A DNA stretch of 35,600 nucleotides, counting the filler, from Candidatus Fermentibacterota bacterium (GTDB lineage: Bacteria; JAFGKV01): the NCBI GenBank assembly GCA_016928395.1. It is 2 parts of 2 records of this genome, joined end to end, with 100 filler letters (N's around TTAATTAATTAA, not from the genome) between each part and the next. Parts side by side here need not be neighbours in the genome. Positions count along the whole stretch, not along the records: positions 1 to 29,851 come from JAFGKV010000272.1; 1 more part is not named here. The stretch is one strand, 5' to 3'. A program made the translations under genes and the position numbers. Shown one piece after another: positions 1-9,332 of the stretch (the first letter of the stretch is position 1; each line of letters opens with the position of its first letter). The notes beneath the pieces were generated by a model that ran no database searches, was not told the DNA's origin, and was given only the letters and a program-made list of their open reading frames with translations.

Positions 1-88
1 CTATGGGGTTTCGAATGGGAGCTTTCGCGAGCACAATTCTGGACCCCGAACCCCCGAACCTGAGCATCGTTGCTCCCAAGGAGGTTCC

Positions 89-526
89 ATGAAGGAATAC
101 CAAAACCCGAAGCCCACGGTTGACATCATCATCGAAGTACCCGGAGGGATCGTACTGATCCGCCGAAGTCAACGGCCACTGGGGTGGGCGCTCCCCGGAG
201 GATTCGTGGACTATGGCGAGAGTCTGGAGAAGGCCGCGATCCGGGAGGCCCTTGAGGAAACGGGACTGGCGGTGACGCTGCGTCGTCAGCTGTACACGTA
301 CTCTGACCCCCTCCGGGATCCTCGCCATCACACCGTCAGCACAGTGTTCATCGCCCGGGCGGCCGGGTCGGCGAAGGCGGGGTCGGATGCCGCCGAAGCG
401 GACGTGTTCTCCCCGCCTTGGCCGTCACCCCTGGCGTTCGACCACGAGCTTATCCTGCGCGATTATCTGATGTGGAGGGATGATCCCCTCTACTCTCCCC
501 TGGTTCGGATTGCCGCAGGCTCTTGA
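89..526 (+). CDS. NUDIX hydrolase (ADP-ribose pyrophosphatase-like)
   Basis: Nudix box [24 protein letters not shown]; YxNPxPTVD N-terminus, RDPR and LAFDH motifs; AAGGAGG RBS upstream of ATG 89. Confidence 0.92.
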   Translation: MKEYQNPKPTVDIIIEVPGGIVLIRRSQRPLGWALPGGFVDYGESLEKAAIREALEETGLAVTLRRQLYTYSDPLRDPRHHTVSTVFIARAAGSAKAGSDAAEADVFSPPWPSPLAFDHELILRDYLMWRDDPLYSPLVRIAAGS

Positions 527-1253
527 CCTCGCGCCAGGCGACCTCCATCTCGGCCAGACCGGCCGCACCCACGGGGATGCCTCGTTCAGCCAGCAACCGC
601 TCCATGTCCGCGAACCTCATCGAGAACCGGGTGACCGCCTTGTGCAGGACGTCTTCGGCAACCAAATCGATGTGTCGGCCGAAGCTCACCAGTGCAAAGA
701 AGAGGTCGCCCAGTTCATCAGCCACCGCGGCGGCGTCCGCGTCGCCCATGGCGGCCTCCAACTCCCCCACTTCCTCCTTCACCTTTTCCCATCGGGCTTC
801 AACCGTCGGCCAGTCAAAGCCGACTTCGGCGGCTCTCTGCTGGCACCGCCAGGCCCGGAGTAGTGCAGGCAGGGAACGGGGAATACCGTCCATCAGAGAT
901 GTACGCCCGCGTTCCTGGAGTTTTCGGGTCTCCCACGTTGTCGCCGGATTGGCCGGTGCGTCAATGAGGATGTGCGCGTGTCTGGTAGCGAGTTTGTCAG
1001 TGATACGCCCGATCACCTCCTCCAGCCCGAATGACCCGCGGTCCTGTGCCAACTGCGCTTGGAACACGATATGGAGCAGAAGATCACCCAACTCCTCCAT
1101 GATCCGAGAATCATCTGACTGAGAGATAGCCTCCAGCAGCTCGTAGGTTTCTTCAAGCAGGAATGGCGCGAGAGATACGCTGGTCTGGGCCCGGTCCCAT
1201 GGACACCCATCCGGGCCGCGAAGCCTTTTGAGCAGAGAAATGAGTCGTTCCAT
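450..1253 (-). CDS. mazG: nucleoside triphosphate pyrophosphohydrolase MazG (tandem domain)
   Basis: [38 protein letters not shown] motifs; start set at ATG 1253 (GTG 1277 is an alternative). Confidence 0.93.
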   Translation of the reverse strand: MERLISLLKRLRGPDGCPWDRAQTSVSLAPFLLEETYELLEAISQSDDSRIMEELGDLLLHIVFQAQLAQDRGSFGLEEVIGRITDKLATRHAHILIDAPANPATTWETRKLQERGRTSLMDGIPRSLPALLRAWRCQQRAAEVGFDWPTVEARWEKVKEEVGELEAAMGDADAAAVADELGDLFFALVSFGRHIDLVAEDVLHKAVTRFSMRFADMERLLAERGIPVGAAGLAEMEVAWREVKSLRQSEPGESRGDHPSTSDNRAG

Positions 1254-1291
1254 GCCAGCAACATCGCATCGGCACACCAGCCCCGCAACCC

Positions 1292-1320
1292 TTGACGCCG
1301 AGAGGGCACCGGCCTACAAT
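1292..1320 (+). promoter_or_regulatory. sigma70-type promoter of the STAS-phosphatase-kinase operon
   Basis: TTGACG (1292-1297), 17 nt spacer, TACAAT (1315-1320), about 50 nt upstream of the STAS start. Confidence 0.75.
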
Positions 1321-1372
1321 GAGCACTGAGAATCTCCCTCCCTCAAGGATTCCCTCTGCTGCGGAGCGTGCA

Positions 1373-1717
1373 ATGATGAAAATCACTCGTCGTGATGTGG
1401 GCAATGTCGTAGTATTGACCCTGAAAGGTAAGCTGATCGGCGGCCCGGAGGCCATTGAGTTTCGGGAGACCGTGAAGAACCTGATTGCCGAGGACAAGAC
1501 AAAGGTCCTGGTGGATTTGGGGGGCGTGAGCTGGATCGATTCCACGGGCTTGGGAACATTGATTTCGGGGTATACCTCGTTGAAGAAGAGTAATGGGGAT
1601 CTCAAACTCTGCCATCTCACCAAGAAGATCCACAGCCTCCTGGTGATCACCCAACTGATTACTGTGTTGGAGGATTACGACGACGAAGAACAGGCCATAG
1701 CCACGCTACAGTCCTAA
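1373..1717 (+). CDS. STAS-domain anti-sigma factor antagonist (RsbV/SpoIIAA-like)
   Basis: VLVDLGGVSWIDSTGLGTL with the conserved phosphoacceptor Ser; GDLKLC; GGAG RBS before ATG 1373/1376. Confidence 0.92.
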   Translation: MMKITRRDVGNVVVLTLKGKLIGGPEAIEFRETVKNLIAEDKTKVLVDLGGVSWIDSTGLGTLISGYTSLKKSNGDLKLCHLTKKIHSLLVITQLITVLEDYDDEEQAIATLQS

Positions 1718-1756
1718 AGAACCAGCAGTCATCGCGCAGAAAGGCAGGGTAATGCC

Positions 1757-3898
1757 GTGCCCGGGAAGACCGACCTGAGGCTGCTCGGGGTGAGTGTTGT
1801 GTGCCTCGCGATAGGGGCTGCGGCATTCCTGCAATGGTATCCCCGTACGAAGGCAGCGTGGGGAATTGGCCGGGCGCCGTTGCGAGCCAAGGCCATAGCC
1901 GTAGCCGAGGCATTGGGCGACAAAGACGCGCGTTCGATACATCCCACGCTTGACGTCGCCCGCCCCCTGTGGGTCGCAAAGAGCCATACCGAGGAGCGAT
2001 CGCTGGTGGTAGCCCTGGAGCCGGACGGACGCTTGATCTACGTCCGCCGGGTCCCCGCGATGCTTCCCGCCGATGTGCCATCGGATGCCATGTGGGGATG
2101 GCTCCAGTCGCTGACGGGATCACTGCCCCCGAACGTCGGCCGCCTCACCTCATCAAGGGAAGCCGGGGACGCAATCGAGGGGTCACTTGTTCGTACCGAC
2201 GGCGTGATTCTCTCGGTGAGAGCGGCCCGCACGGCTTTGGCTACTTCAGTGGAAATCCTTCCCGACAGCGGCGTACCCCGAATGCACTCGACGGTGCGCT
2301 TTCCGCTTGTCGGTGCCATGGTGACCCTGGCGACGATGGCGGTTCTAGCCGTTCCATTCCTGTGGAATACCGTGCTCCAGGGAAGTGCGCACGCCGGCAT
2401 GGCTGCACCGCTGGGGATTGCCGCGGCAACGACGGCGCTCCTGGGGTGCGCGGCTCTGTTCCTTCCCCGAGGAGAACCGGCCGCCCCGGTCGCGGCGATT
2501 ATTGCCGTGGCTAGCGCCCTGGGGGCGGTGGTGGCGGCGGGCCAAATGCTCGTGTCCAGCCGGCCGTCACTGCGCGGGCGGTCCTTACGCCATGAGATCC
2601 GGGTGGGGTGGACTCTGGCCGGCGCATCGCTGGGCATGGCTTCCATCAGCCTGCTGTTCCCCCTGACTGCAGCGCCCACCGTGGCGGGATCTACGGTGAC
2701 GGGGTTGTCGGCGGTGGCCGCCATCCTCCTTGGCATGAGCTGCGGCGTGGGCATCGAGATGGGCGTGCGACCGATTGCCGAGACCGCCTTCTCTTCAGCA
2801 GGGTCCCCTCTTCGCCTTAGTATCGTGGGTGTGTTGACCGGTCTCATCTTGACCCCTCTCATTCCCGGCCCCTGGTTGTGGGCGTTCATCTTTGGCTCTC
2901 TGTCAGGCGTCGCCTCCGGCCTCGTCGCCCAACGAAACGGTCGTGGCGCATCGACGGTGGTTTTGGCCGTCTACGTCACCGGGCTGCTCGCACTCCCGGG
3001 GCTGGCGACCTCACTCCTCAATGGAATGTGCAGCACGGCCGCCATTCTCATTGCCTGTGTCGTGGCGCCCGCATTCGCGGCCCGCCGGGCGTCAGCAGAG
3101 GCACCGCCCTCGACCGATGATGCCTTACCCGCGTATATCCAGGAGATCCGTGGGGAAGCCCTCCACACTCACCTTGCCACTCTGGCCGCAGATCTACAGA
3201 CCCCTTTCTGCGTCACCGCTGCAGCTCAGGAACGCGGTATCGAGGTAGGTTGCACTCTGCGACGAGCCCATCCTCCGGCCGCCGACATCTGCCGGATCAT
3301 CGGCATTACCCGCGACAGGCTCGGGGTAGTCATGGGAGAAGTCCCCGAAGGTGGCGTCCACGGCGCCATTCAGGCTTCGATCTTGTCTGTGGCGGTACTG
3401 TCCGCTGCAGCCGACACCAAGAACTTGGCATCGTTGCCTGCAGAGGTGGAACGGCTCATGGGTGCCACGTGGAACGGCGGCGGTGAGGCCGTGACCATGA
3501 GCTATGGTCTCTTGGACCGCCGCTCCAAGACCTTCTCCTTTGTCAGAGCAGGCCATCAGCCCGTGCTCCTCTACCGTGCCTTGGTAGGAAGATTCGAACG
3601 AGTCTTCCCTCCGGGTGATCCACTGCGAACCACGCCGTCGGACGAAAAACGGTCATTTGATGTGGCGACAATCCAGCTCGTGACGAAAGACCTCCTGATC
3701 TTCTTCTCGGATGGCCTCCTCACTGTGCCTGTTGCTGGCGGGCTCTACTCGCCTGATCATCTCGAGAAGCTCGTGCGGGACAATCCGGGCGCATCATGTG
3801 AGGAGATGGCGAAAGCTCTTGATGCAGAGCTGGCCAAGCTCCTGGGAACCAAGCCCCCGGCAGATGACATTGTGGTGTTGTTCCTCAGGGGCAAATGA
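1757..3898 (+). CDS. multi-pass membrane protein with C-terminal SpoIIE/PP2C-type phosphatase domain (partly degenerate)
   Basis: many hydrophobic helices, then TMSYGLLD, RAGHQP, DLLIFFSDGL and ADDIVVL PP2C motifs; lies between the STAS and RsbW-like genes. Confidence 0.82.
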   Translation: MPGKTDLRLLGVSVVCLAIGAAAFLQWYPRTKAAWGIGRAPLRAKAIAVAEALGDKDARSIHPTLDVARPLWVAKSHTEERSLVVALEPDGRLIYVRRVPAMLPADVPSDAMWGWLQSLTGSLPPNVGRLTSSREAGDAIEGSLVRTDGVILSVRAARTALATSVEILPDSGVPRMHSTVRFPLVGAMVTLATMAVLAVPFLWNTVLQGSAHAGMAAPLGIAAATTALLGCAALFLPRGEPAAPVAAIIAVASALGAVVAAGQMLVSSRPSLRGRSLRHEIRVGWTLAGASLGMASISLLFPLTAAPTVAGSTVTGLSAVAAILLGMSCGVGIEMGVRPIAETAFSSAGSPLRLSIVGVLTGLILTPLIPGPWLWAFIFGSLSGVASGLVAQRNGRGASTVVLAVYVTGLLALPGLATSLLNGMCSTAAILIACVVAPAFAARRASAEAPPSTDDALPAYIQEIRGEALHTHLATLAADLQTPFCVTAAAQERGIEVGCTLRRAHPPAADICRIIGITRDRLGVVMGEVPEGGVHGAIQASILSVAVLSAAADTKNLASLPAEVERLMGATWNGGGEAVTMSYGLLDRRSKTFSFVRAGHQPVLLYRALVGRFERVFPPGDPLRTTPSDEKRSFDVATIQLVTKDLLIFFSDGLLTVPVAGGLYSPDHLEKLVRDNPGASCEEMAKALDAELAKLLGTKPPADDIVVLFLRGK

Positions 3899-4326
3899 CC
3901 GGGGAATCCCGCAACCGCACGGTAACCGTTGAGTTGCCCAGCGACATATCCCTGCTGGAGTTAGCTCATTGCCTTTCCAAAGAGATTCCTCACGCTCTGG
4001 GTGTGCCCGAGGACGACGCCGAGGCCATGGGGAACGCCGCTCTAGAAGCGGTGGGCAATGCCATGCGTCACGGCAACCGCTTGGATCCATCGATTCCGGT
4101 GGCCCTGTGCTTCACGGTTGAGGGAGCATGGATCACGGTAAGCGTGAGCGATCGCGGAGAGGGCTTTGATCCTGCCAAGCTCTGTGATCCCACGACCACG
4201 GAGAATCTCCTGAAGACGTGCGGGCGTGGTCTCTTTCTCATGCGCGCGTTTACCGACTCCGTAAGCGTCCGCCCACGGCCAGGGGGTGGCACCACGGTCA
4301 CTCTCCGCAAGGCCTTCACCGCGTAG
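3895..4326 (+). CDS. anti-sigma factor / serine kinase, HATPase_c (RsbW-like)
   Basis: N box EAVGNAMRHGN, G1 DRGEGFD, G2 GRGLFLM, GTTV; ATGA overlap with the upstream gene. Confidence 0.92.
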   Translation: MTGESRNRTVTVELPSDISLLELAHCLSKEIPHALGVPEDDAEAMGNAALEAVGNAMRHGNRLDPSIPVALCFTVEGAWITVSVSDRGEGFDPAKLCDPTTTENLLKTCGRGLFLMRAFTDSVSVRPRPGGGTTVTLRKAFTA

Positions 4327-4329
4327 CCG

Positions 4330-5868
4330 GTGAGCCTCCTCCCGGCGAACCCTGAATCTGGCTGCCCGGCCGGCACGTTGGCGGGCAAGGGCGTCTGCAA
4401 TGTTCTGAACACCCTTGTGGTGGTACTGCGATCATTGGTGCTTTCGGTAGTGGTGGCTCGGGCGCTGGGGCCGTCACTCCAGGGTGTCTACTCGGTCTTG
4501 CTCTACGTCATCCAGGTGGGGGTCCAGGTAGTAAGCCTTGGGTTCCCCAGCACTCTGGTGCGTTTCATGGCCCAACGACGCGCCGACGGCGACGATGCCG
4601 GCGCCGGCGCGGTGCTGGGATACGTGATTCGCCGGGAGCTATTCCTGGGTGCCTTCGCCACGATGGCCTGCGCCATGTTGGCCCGACCTTTGGCGGCGCA
4701 CGTGGCTCAGGGTGCCCCGGCATGGCTGTTTCTCATTGCGGCTCTCGCCATCCTGCCCGACAGTCTGACCCTGGCGTACGAGGCGGGATTCGAAGGCATG
4801 CTGGCCTACGAAACCCTTCTCCGCATTAACCTGGCCCTGGTGCCTGCCTCGCTGGTGACAGCCATTGCGATACTCGGGCTGGGCGGAGGAATCACGGAGC
4901 TATTGATCCTGAAAGTGTTTCTTGCGGTGATCCGGGTGATCCTGTACCGCCGCATCCTTGGCCGCCGTGTGCCCCGCGGCGGTGTCCTGACACAGCAGAC
5001 CTCGACCATGATGGGGCGATACACCAGGAGCCTTTCATTCATCTTCCTCTGCGATGCGGTCGTGTGGCAGCGCTCAGAGGTGTTCTTCCTGGGGATCTTC
5101 TGCTCCCCAGCCTCCATAGCCTTCTACGACATTGCCTACCAAGTGGTTGGCACGACTATGCGCGTACTCCCGGAGAAGCTGACGGATATCCTATTCCCTG
5201 TGATGTCGGGCCTTGAGCAGCGAGGCCAACGGGAGCGCACTGCCGCGCTCTACGGGCGTAGTGTCCGTTTGCTCTTCGCGATGACGTTGGGTATCGCAGT
5301 AGCCCTGGCGGCGTATTCGCCCCTGCTGATACGTCTCCTCTACGGAAGCGCCTTCGCACCTGCGGCCAGTGTGATCCGCGTGCTCTGTGCGGCGGCTCCT
5401 GTGGTAATCGTGGCGAGAGCAACGGCGTATGTGCTCTATGCGGCGGGCTGGCAGGATTTCAACGTTCGCCTCGCCGGCGCGGCGGCCGTAGTGAATATCG
5501 CGCTATCGCTGATACTCATCCCGCGCAATTGCGTCATCGGGGCGGCGTTGGCGAATAGCGTGACGCAGTCCGTGTCGGTATGCGCTCTGGTGACCTACGT
5601 CCTTAGGCGTGCCCAGATCAGCCTCCCCTGGCAGGCCATGGCCCAGACGGTCACTGCTGGCATCGCCCAGGCTGCGGTTATGGCGGGGGTCCTCAACCTG
5701 CTCCACGGATGGACGGCGCTAACCACGGGAACCGCAGCCGGTCTGTTGGTCTACGGAGCCGTGCTGGTGAAGATGGGCGTGATCGAGAAGGAAGAGCGGC
5801 AGGGAGCAACGAGATGGGTCCGCGGCCGCTCTCGTCGTGGGAAGCAGAGTGCCGGGGGGCGGAATTGA
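4330..5868 (+). CDS. polysaccharide biosynthesis flippase (Wzx/MOP family)
   Basis: many TM helices; ARALGPSLQGVYS N-terminal motif; LYGSAFAPAASVIRVL; LNIAL-type LILIPR..IGAA C-terminal motif. Confidence 0.85.
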   Translation: MSLLPANPESGCPAGTLAGKGVCNVLNTLVVVLRSLVLSVVVARALGPSLQGVYSVLLYVIQVGVQVVSLGFPSTLVRFMAQRRADGDDAGAGAVLGYVIRRELFLGAFATMACAMLARPLAAHVAQGAPAWLFLIAALAILPDSLTLAYEAGFEGMLAYETLLRINLALVPASLVTAIAILGLGGGITELLILKVFLAVIRVILYRRILGRRVPRGGVLTQQTSTMMGRYTRSLSFIFLCDAVVWQRSEVFFLGIFCSPASIAFYDIAYQVVGTTMRVLPEKLTDILFPVMSGLEQRGQRERTAALYGRSVRLLFAMTLGIAVALAAYSPLLIRLLYGSAFAPAASVIRVLCAAAPVVIVARATAYVLYAAGWQDFNVRLAGAAAVVNIALSLILIPRNCVIGAALANSVTQSVSVCALVTYVLRRAQISLPWQAMAQTVTAGIAQAAVMAGVLNLLHGWTALTTGTAAGLLVYGAVLVKMGVIEKEERQGATRWVRGRSRRGKQSAGGRN

Positions 5869-5922
5869 ACCGCCGACACACGGATTTTCAGTCCGCTGCT
5901 CTACCTGCTGAGCTACCCCGGC
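5850..5922 (-). tRNA. tRNA-Phe (GAA), CCA not encoded
   Basis: reverse complement GCCGGGGTAGCTCAGCAGGTAGAGCAGCGGACTGAAAATCCGTGTGTCGGCGGTTCAATTCCGCCCCCCGGCA: full cloverleaf, anticodon loop CTGAAAA, GTTCAA T-loop. Confidence 0.96.
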
Positions 5923-5948
5923 ATTCAGATATGAGGCTAATTTGTCCT

Positions 5949-5976
5949 AAGATATCGCATTGACCTGTAGCGTCAA
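5949..5976 (-). promoter_or_regulatory. sigma70-type promoter for tRNA-Phe
   Basis: minus strand TTGACG, 16 nt spacer, TATCTT, about 27 nt upstream of the tRNA. Confidence 0.6.
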
Positions 5977-6974
5977 GACCCGTCCGATCGAGCAGCTCGG
6001 GATTCGCGGATTGCCGCCCGATGCGCCGAGAAGGTCTCACTGAACTCGTGGGAGCCGTCTCCGCGAGCGACAAAAAAGAGGGCCCGACAGGAGCGGTCAG
6101 GGTGCAAGACTGCTTTTATGCTACCGAGGCCCGGAGAGCAGATTGGACCTGGGGGTAGGCCTCGATTGAGATAGGTATTGTACGGCGAGGGCCGGCGCAG
6201 ATCCGCGTAGGTCAATCTCCTGCCGACGAGACCCAGGCCATACGCGACGGTCGGGTCTGCATCCAGCTTCATGCCAATGGCCATGCGATTTAGATACACC
6301 GCAGCCACCATCGGCCGTTCGCGGGGGAGGCTCGTCTCCTTCTCAACGATAGAGGCCAAAGTAAGAATCTCATGAAAGGAGAGCCGGGTCAATCCCTCAT
6401 CCCAGTCGATACTCCCCAGCATCGCCCGAAGCCGGGCCACCATCACAGAAGCGATTCGATCCGCCCGGGCATTGAGGCGGAACGAGTAGGTGTCCGGGAA
6501 GAGGTAACCCTCCAGAGACGCGGCCGAGAATCCCAATGTTGCTATGAACGAGTCACTGGTGCAGATACGCATGAACTGCGCGGAATCAACGCCCACGGAA
6601 GCCTGCAGCGCAGATGCAATTTCCACCATCATGATCCCTTCAGGCAGCGTCACGCTGGTAGCGATGACCTGTCCCCGAGCGAGATGATCGAGGATCTCCT
6701 GGGGCGACATGGCCGAGCTGAGAAGGTATGGCCCCGCCTGGATGACTCGGTCCTTACGGCTGAGCCGCCCCCAGAGGCGCAGCACATCGGGGTGACGAAT
6801 CAAGCCGCTGTCGGCCAGCATGGCTGCGGCTTCAGAGAGCGTGACGCCGTTGGAGAGATCGAACCGCACCCACCGTTCGGCCCCTGCAGGGGTAGTCATG
6901 ATACGCCACACCATTGCCACGCTGATAACGGCCACGAGGAGAGTGCTTGCTGCGATGAGAGTCATCACCCTCAT
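5973..6974 (-). CDS. mltG: endolytic transglycosylase MltG (YceG family)
   Basis: N-terminal [47 protein letters not shown] motifs. Confidence 0.95.
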   Translation of the reverse strand: MRVMTLIAASTLLVAVISVAMVWRIMTTPAGAERWVRFDLSNGVTLSEAAAMLADSGLIRHPDVLRLWGRLSRKDRVIQAGPYLLSSAMSPQEILDHLARGQVIATSVTLPEGIMMVEIASALQASVGVDSAQFMRICTSDSFIATLGFSAASLEGYLFPDTYSFRLNARADRIASVMVARLRAMLGSIDWDEGLTRLSFHEILTLASIVEKETSLPRERPMVAAVYLNRMAIGMKLDADPTVAYGLGLVGRRLTYADLRRPSPYNTYLNRGLPPGPICSPGLGSIKAVLHPDRSCRALFFVARGDGSHEFSETFSAHRAAIRESRAARSDGS

Positions 6975-7417
6975 CGCAGGCTCTCCAGAAACACGCGCAG
7001 CACCAAGGCCGCGGCGATGTCATCACAACGGCTGCGACGCCGGCGGGAACGGGCTACCCGGGCCGCTTCTGCAGAGGTCAGCCGCTCGTCAACCAAATGC
7101 AGAGGCACACCGCATACGGCGCCGAGTCTCGTTGCCCATTCTCTCACCTCCATCGCCATGGCTCCCTCCTCTCCTCGCATACACCGGGGAAGCCCAACAA
7201 CGAGATCGGTGATATTCAATTCCCGGACGAGGCGCGCGACAACATTGATACCATGTTCAGGATTTTCGATGTCGACCGCGCGCAGGGGGCTGGCAATGAT
7301 CCGCAAGGGATCAGAGACCGCGATCCCCAGATGCCTCCGGCCGTAGTCGACGGCCATTGCACGGCCGTCACCCTCGTCACTGTCCGCAGACTCCGGTTCA
7401 TCACTGCGGTAGCGCAT
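6971..7417 (-). CDS. ruvX: YqgF/RuvX family RNase H-fold nuclease
   Basis: [36 protein letters not shown] motifs; ATGA overlap with mltG; start uncertain (7417/7420). Confidence 0.92.
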   Translation of the reverse strand: MRYRSDEPESADSDEGDGRAMAVDYGRRHLGIAVSDPLRIIASPLRAVDIENPEHGINVVARLVRELNITDLVVGLPRCMRGEEGAMAMEVREWATRLGAVCGVPLHLVDERLTSAEAARVARSRRRRSRCDDIAAALVLRVFLESLR

Positions 7418-7554
7418 CACGAGCAACGAAGCAACCGAGCAGCGTGGCGAGGAAGGGGGGACGCACATCTGCCGCGATAGCCGGCCCATCGAGGCGCACC
7501 GATGCCCGAATCAGAGCAGCGCTCCAATGCTGCCGTACTCACAAGGCCGAGCAT

Positions 7555-9123
7555 CTATTCACTCTCATCATACGCGAGATGCGCGAGGGTATCAGGGCGC
7601 ACGTCTGCCCGCAGATCAAGTGCGGCCTCGTAGCGGACCGGATCCGCCAGGAACGCCAGTGCTACATGCACCAACGTGTCGGTAGCCGCGAGATACTTCG
7701 AGGCCCCGGAGTCGGGCCACCACCGTCGAGCCAGCTCCGCACCAAAGAACTGCCGCGCCGCGGGATGTCCGTCGCGCAGGGCTGAGGCCAATGCGGCGGC
7801 CGAGTCGGGATTCGATGCAGCCAGAGGTGAGTTGTGCGCCAGCCAGGTACCGGCCGTACGAAGCAGGCTATCGTCGACCTGCAACTCAGTAGGTCCCCGG
7901 GGAGGGTGAACCACGCGGGCAACGGAGTCCATCCACGCAACGGGAAGTGCATCGGCGAGCTCTGCCTCAAGGAAGGCGGGAGTCGGTTCTTCTACCAGGA
8001 TATTGGGCACCACGCCGACCCGGGGCGGAGTCGTAGGCGCGAGTCGCGTCGTGTCAACACCTCCCAACTCGCGATCGATGCAGTAGCCGTGAGGCGTGAA
8101 CCACCGCGCGGTTGTGATCTTCACCGCATTGCCATCGCCCAACTCACGGATCTCCTGCACGGTGCCCTTGCCGAAGGTCGGCCGCCCTACGACGATACCG
8201 CGGCGGTTCTCCTGAAGGGCTCCGGCGACGATTTCTGACCCGCTGGCGGTTCCCTCCTCGACCAGCGCGACCACCGGAAGGCTGTCGATACCGGGAGTAA
8301 CGCTCGCGTGGTCTGTCCGCTGGCTTCCTTGGCGCCCAATGGTATAGCAGATGGGTACGCCCTCGGCGAAAAGCAAGTCCGCCACGCCGACAGCTTTGTC
8401 TAGGAGGCCTCCGGGATTGGCCCGAAGGTCCAAGATGATCCCGGCGCATCCTTCCTTCACACTCCTCTGCAGCGCATCCCTGGACTGCTCGACCGCCGTG
8501 GTAGTGAAGGAAGCCAGCCGGACATAGCCGTAGCGACGGTTGTCCGGGCCCCGCAGCGTGAAGCTGTAGGGAACGGTGGGAATCGTAATCATGCGCCGCT
8601 GGATTCTCAAGACCAGATCATCGCTGAAACCCTTGCGGCGCAGAGTAAGTTCAACCCATGATCCTGGAGACCCTCGCATCAGCGCCACTGCCCGGCGTAG
8701 TGGAAGAGCCTGCGTTGTCTGGCCGTCTATCTCGACAATGACATCGGCAGGCCTGAGGCCTGCTTCAGCGGAGGGTGACCCTTCAAGTGGTGCCACAACG
8801 GTGATGAATCCACCCCGGCTGGCAACAACAACGCCGACGCCACCGAAGGTGCCCTCCGCCTCCTGGCGAACTGCTTCCAGGTCCTCGGAGTCAAGATAGG
8901 TGCTATGCTGATCGAGGGATTCCACCATGGATCGCAGCGCATAGTCCACAAGCACCGACACGTCAACAGGGTCCACATAGGCATCGCGCACTATGGAGAG
9001 ACTCTGGCCCAGCAGCTCCAAATCCCGGTACACGTTAGAGGATCCGGTGGCATTCACCCCGACTGCTGCCGCACAGACCGCGAGGCCGACTGCCGCAGCC
9101 AGCACATGGCGAACACGGTTCAT
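7555..9123 (-). CDS. ctpA: carboxyl-terminal processing protease, S41 family, PDZ domain
   Basis: signal peptide; LDQHSTYL, FGGVG, ILDLRANPGGLL, TASGSEIVAGALQ, TFGKGTVQ motifs. Confidence 0.93.
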   Translation of the reverse strand: MNRVRHVLAAAVGLAVCAAAVGVNATGSSNVYRDLELLGQSLSIVRDAYVDPVDVSVLVDYALRSMVESLDQHSTYLDSEDLEAVRQEAEGTFGGVGVVVASRGGFITVVAPLEGSPSAEAGLRPADVIVEIDGQTTQALPLRRAVALMRGSPGSWVELTLRRKGFSDDLVLRIQRRMITIPTVPYSFTLRGPDNRRYGYVRLASFTTTAVEQSRDALQRSVKEGCAGIILDLRANPGGLLDKAVGVADLLFAEGVPICYTIGRQGSQRTDHASVTPGIDSLPVVALVEEGTASGSEIVAGALQENRRGIVVGRPTFGKGTVQEIRELGDGNAVKITTARWFTPHGYCIDRELGGVDTTRLAPTTPPRVGVVPNILVEEPTPAFLEAELADALPVAWMDSVARVVHPPRGPTELQVDDSLLRTAGTWLAHNSPLAASNPDSAAALASALRDGHPAARQFFGAELARRWWPDSGASKYLAATDTLVHVALAFLADPVRYEAALDLRADVRPDTLAHLAYDESE

Positions 9124-9332
9124 CTGTATCTCCAATCAGGGGACAGAGGTGGCGGGCGTGACCATAGAAATCATCAAGAGCTCAAACCCGCAAGGGCGAG
9201 CCCAACTTAGAGGGTCTGCACGCCGCAGGCAATACTGCCCTGCTATGCTCTCTTCCCTGTTGCCGTTGCGTCACGAAGCGGCAAGGCCGTAGTTGATCGA
9301 TCCTCTGCGAGAATCCAGAACTGGAGTGTAGT

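Noticed and set aside
5850-5922. Genomic island integrated at tRNA-Phe
   Set aside because: No integrase and no duplicated tRNA 3' end seen in the window
9180-9290. c-di-GMP-I-like riboswitch upstream of the GT2 gene (AAACCC-GCAA-GGG hairpin, AGGGTCT)
   Set aside because: Lacks the GACGCAAAGC junction and tetraloop receptor; a likely extended -10 (TGCTATGCT, 9241-9249) would place the hairpins outside the transcript
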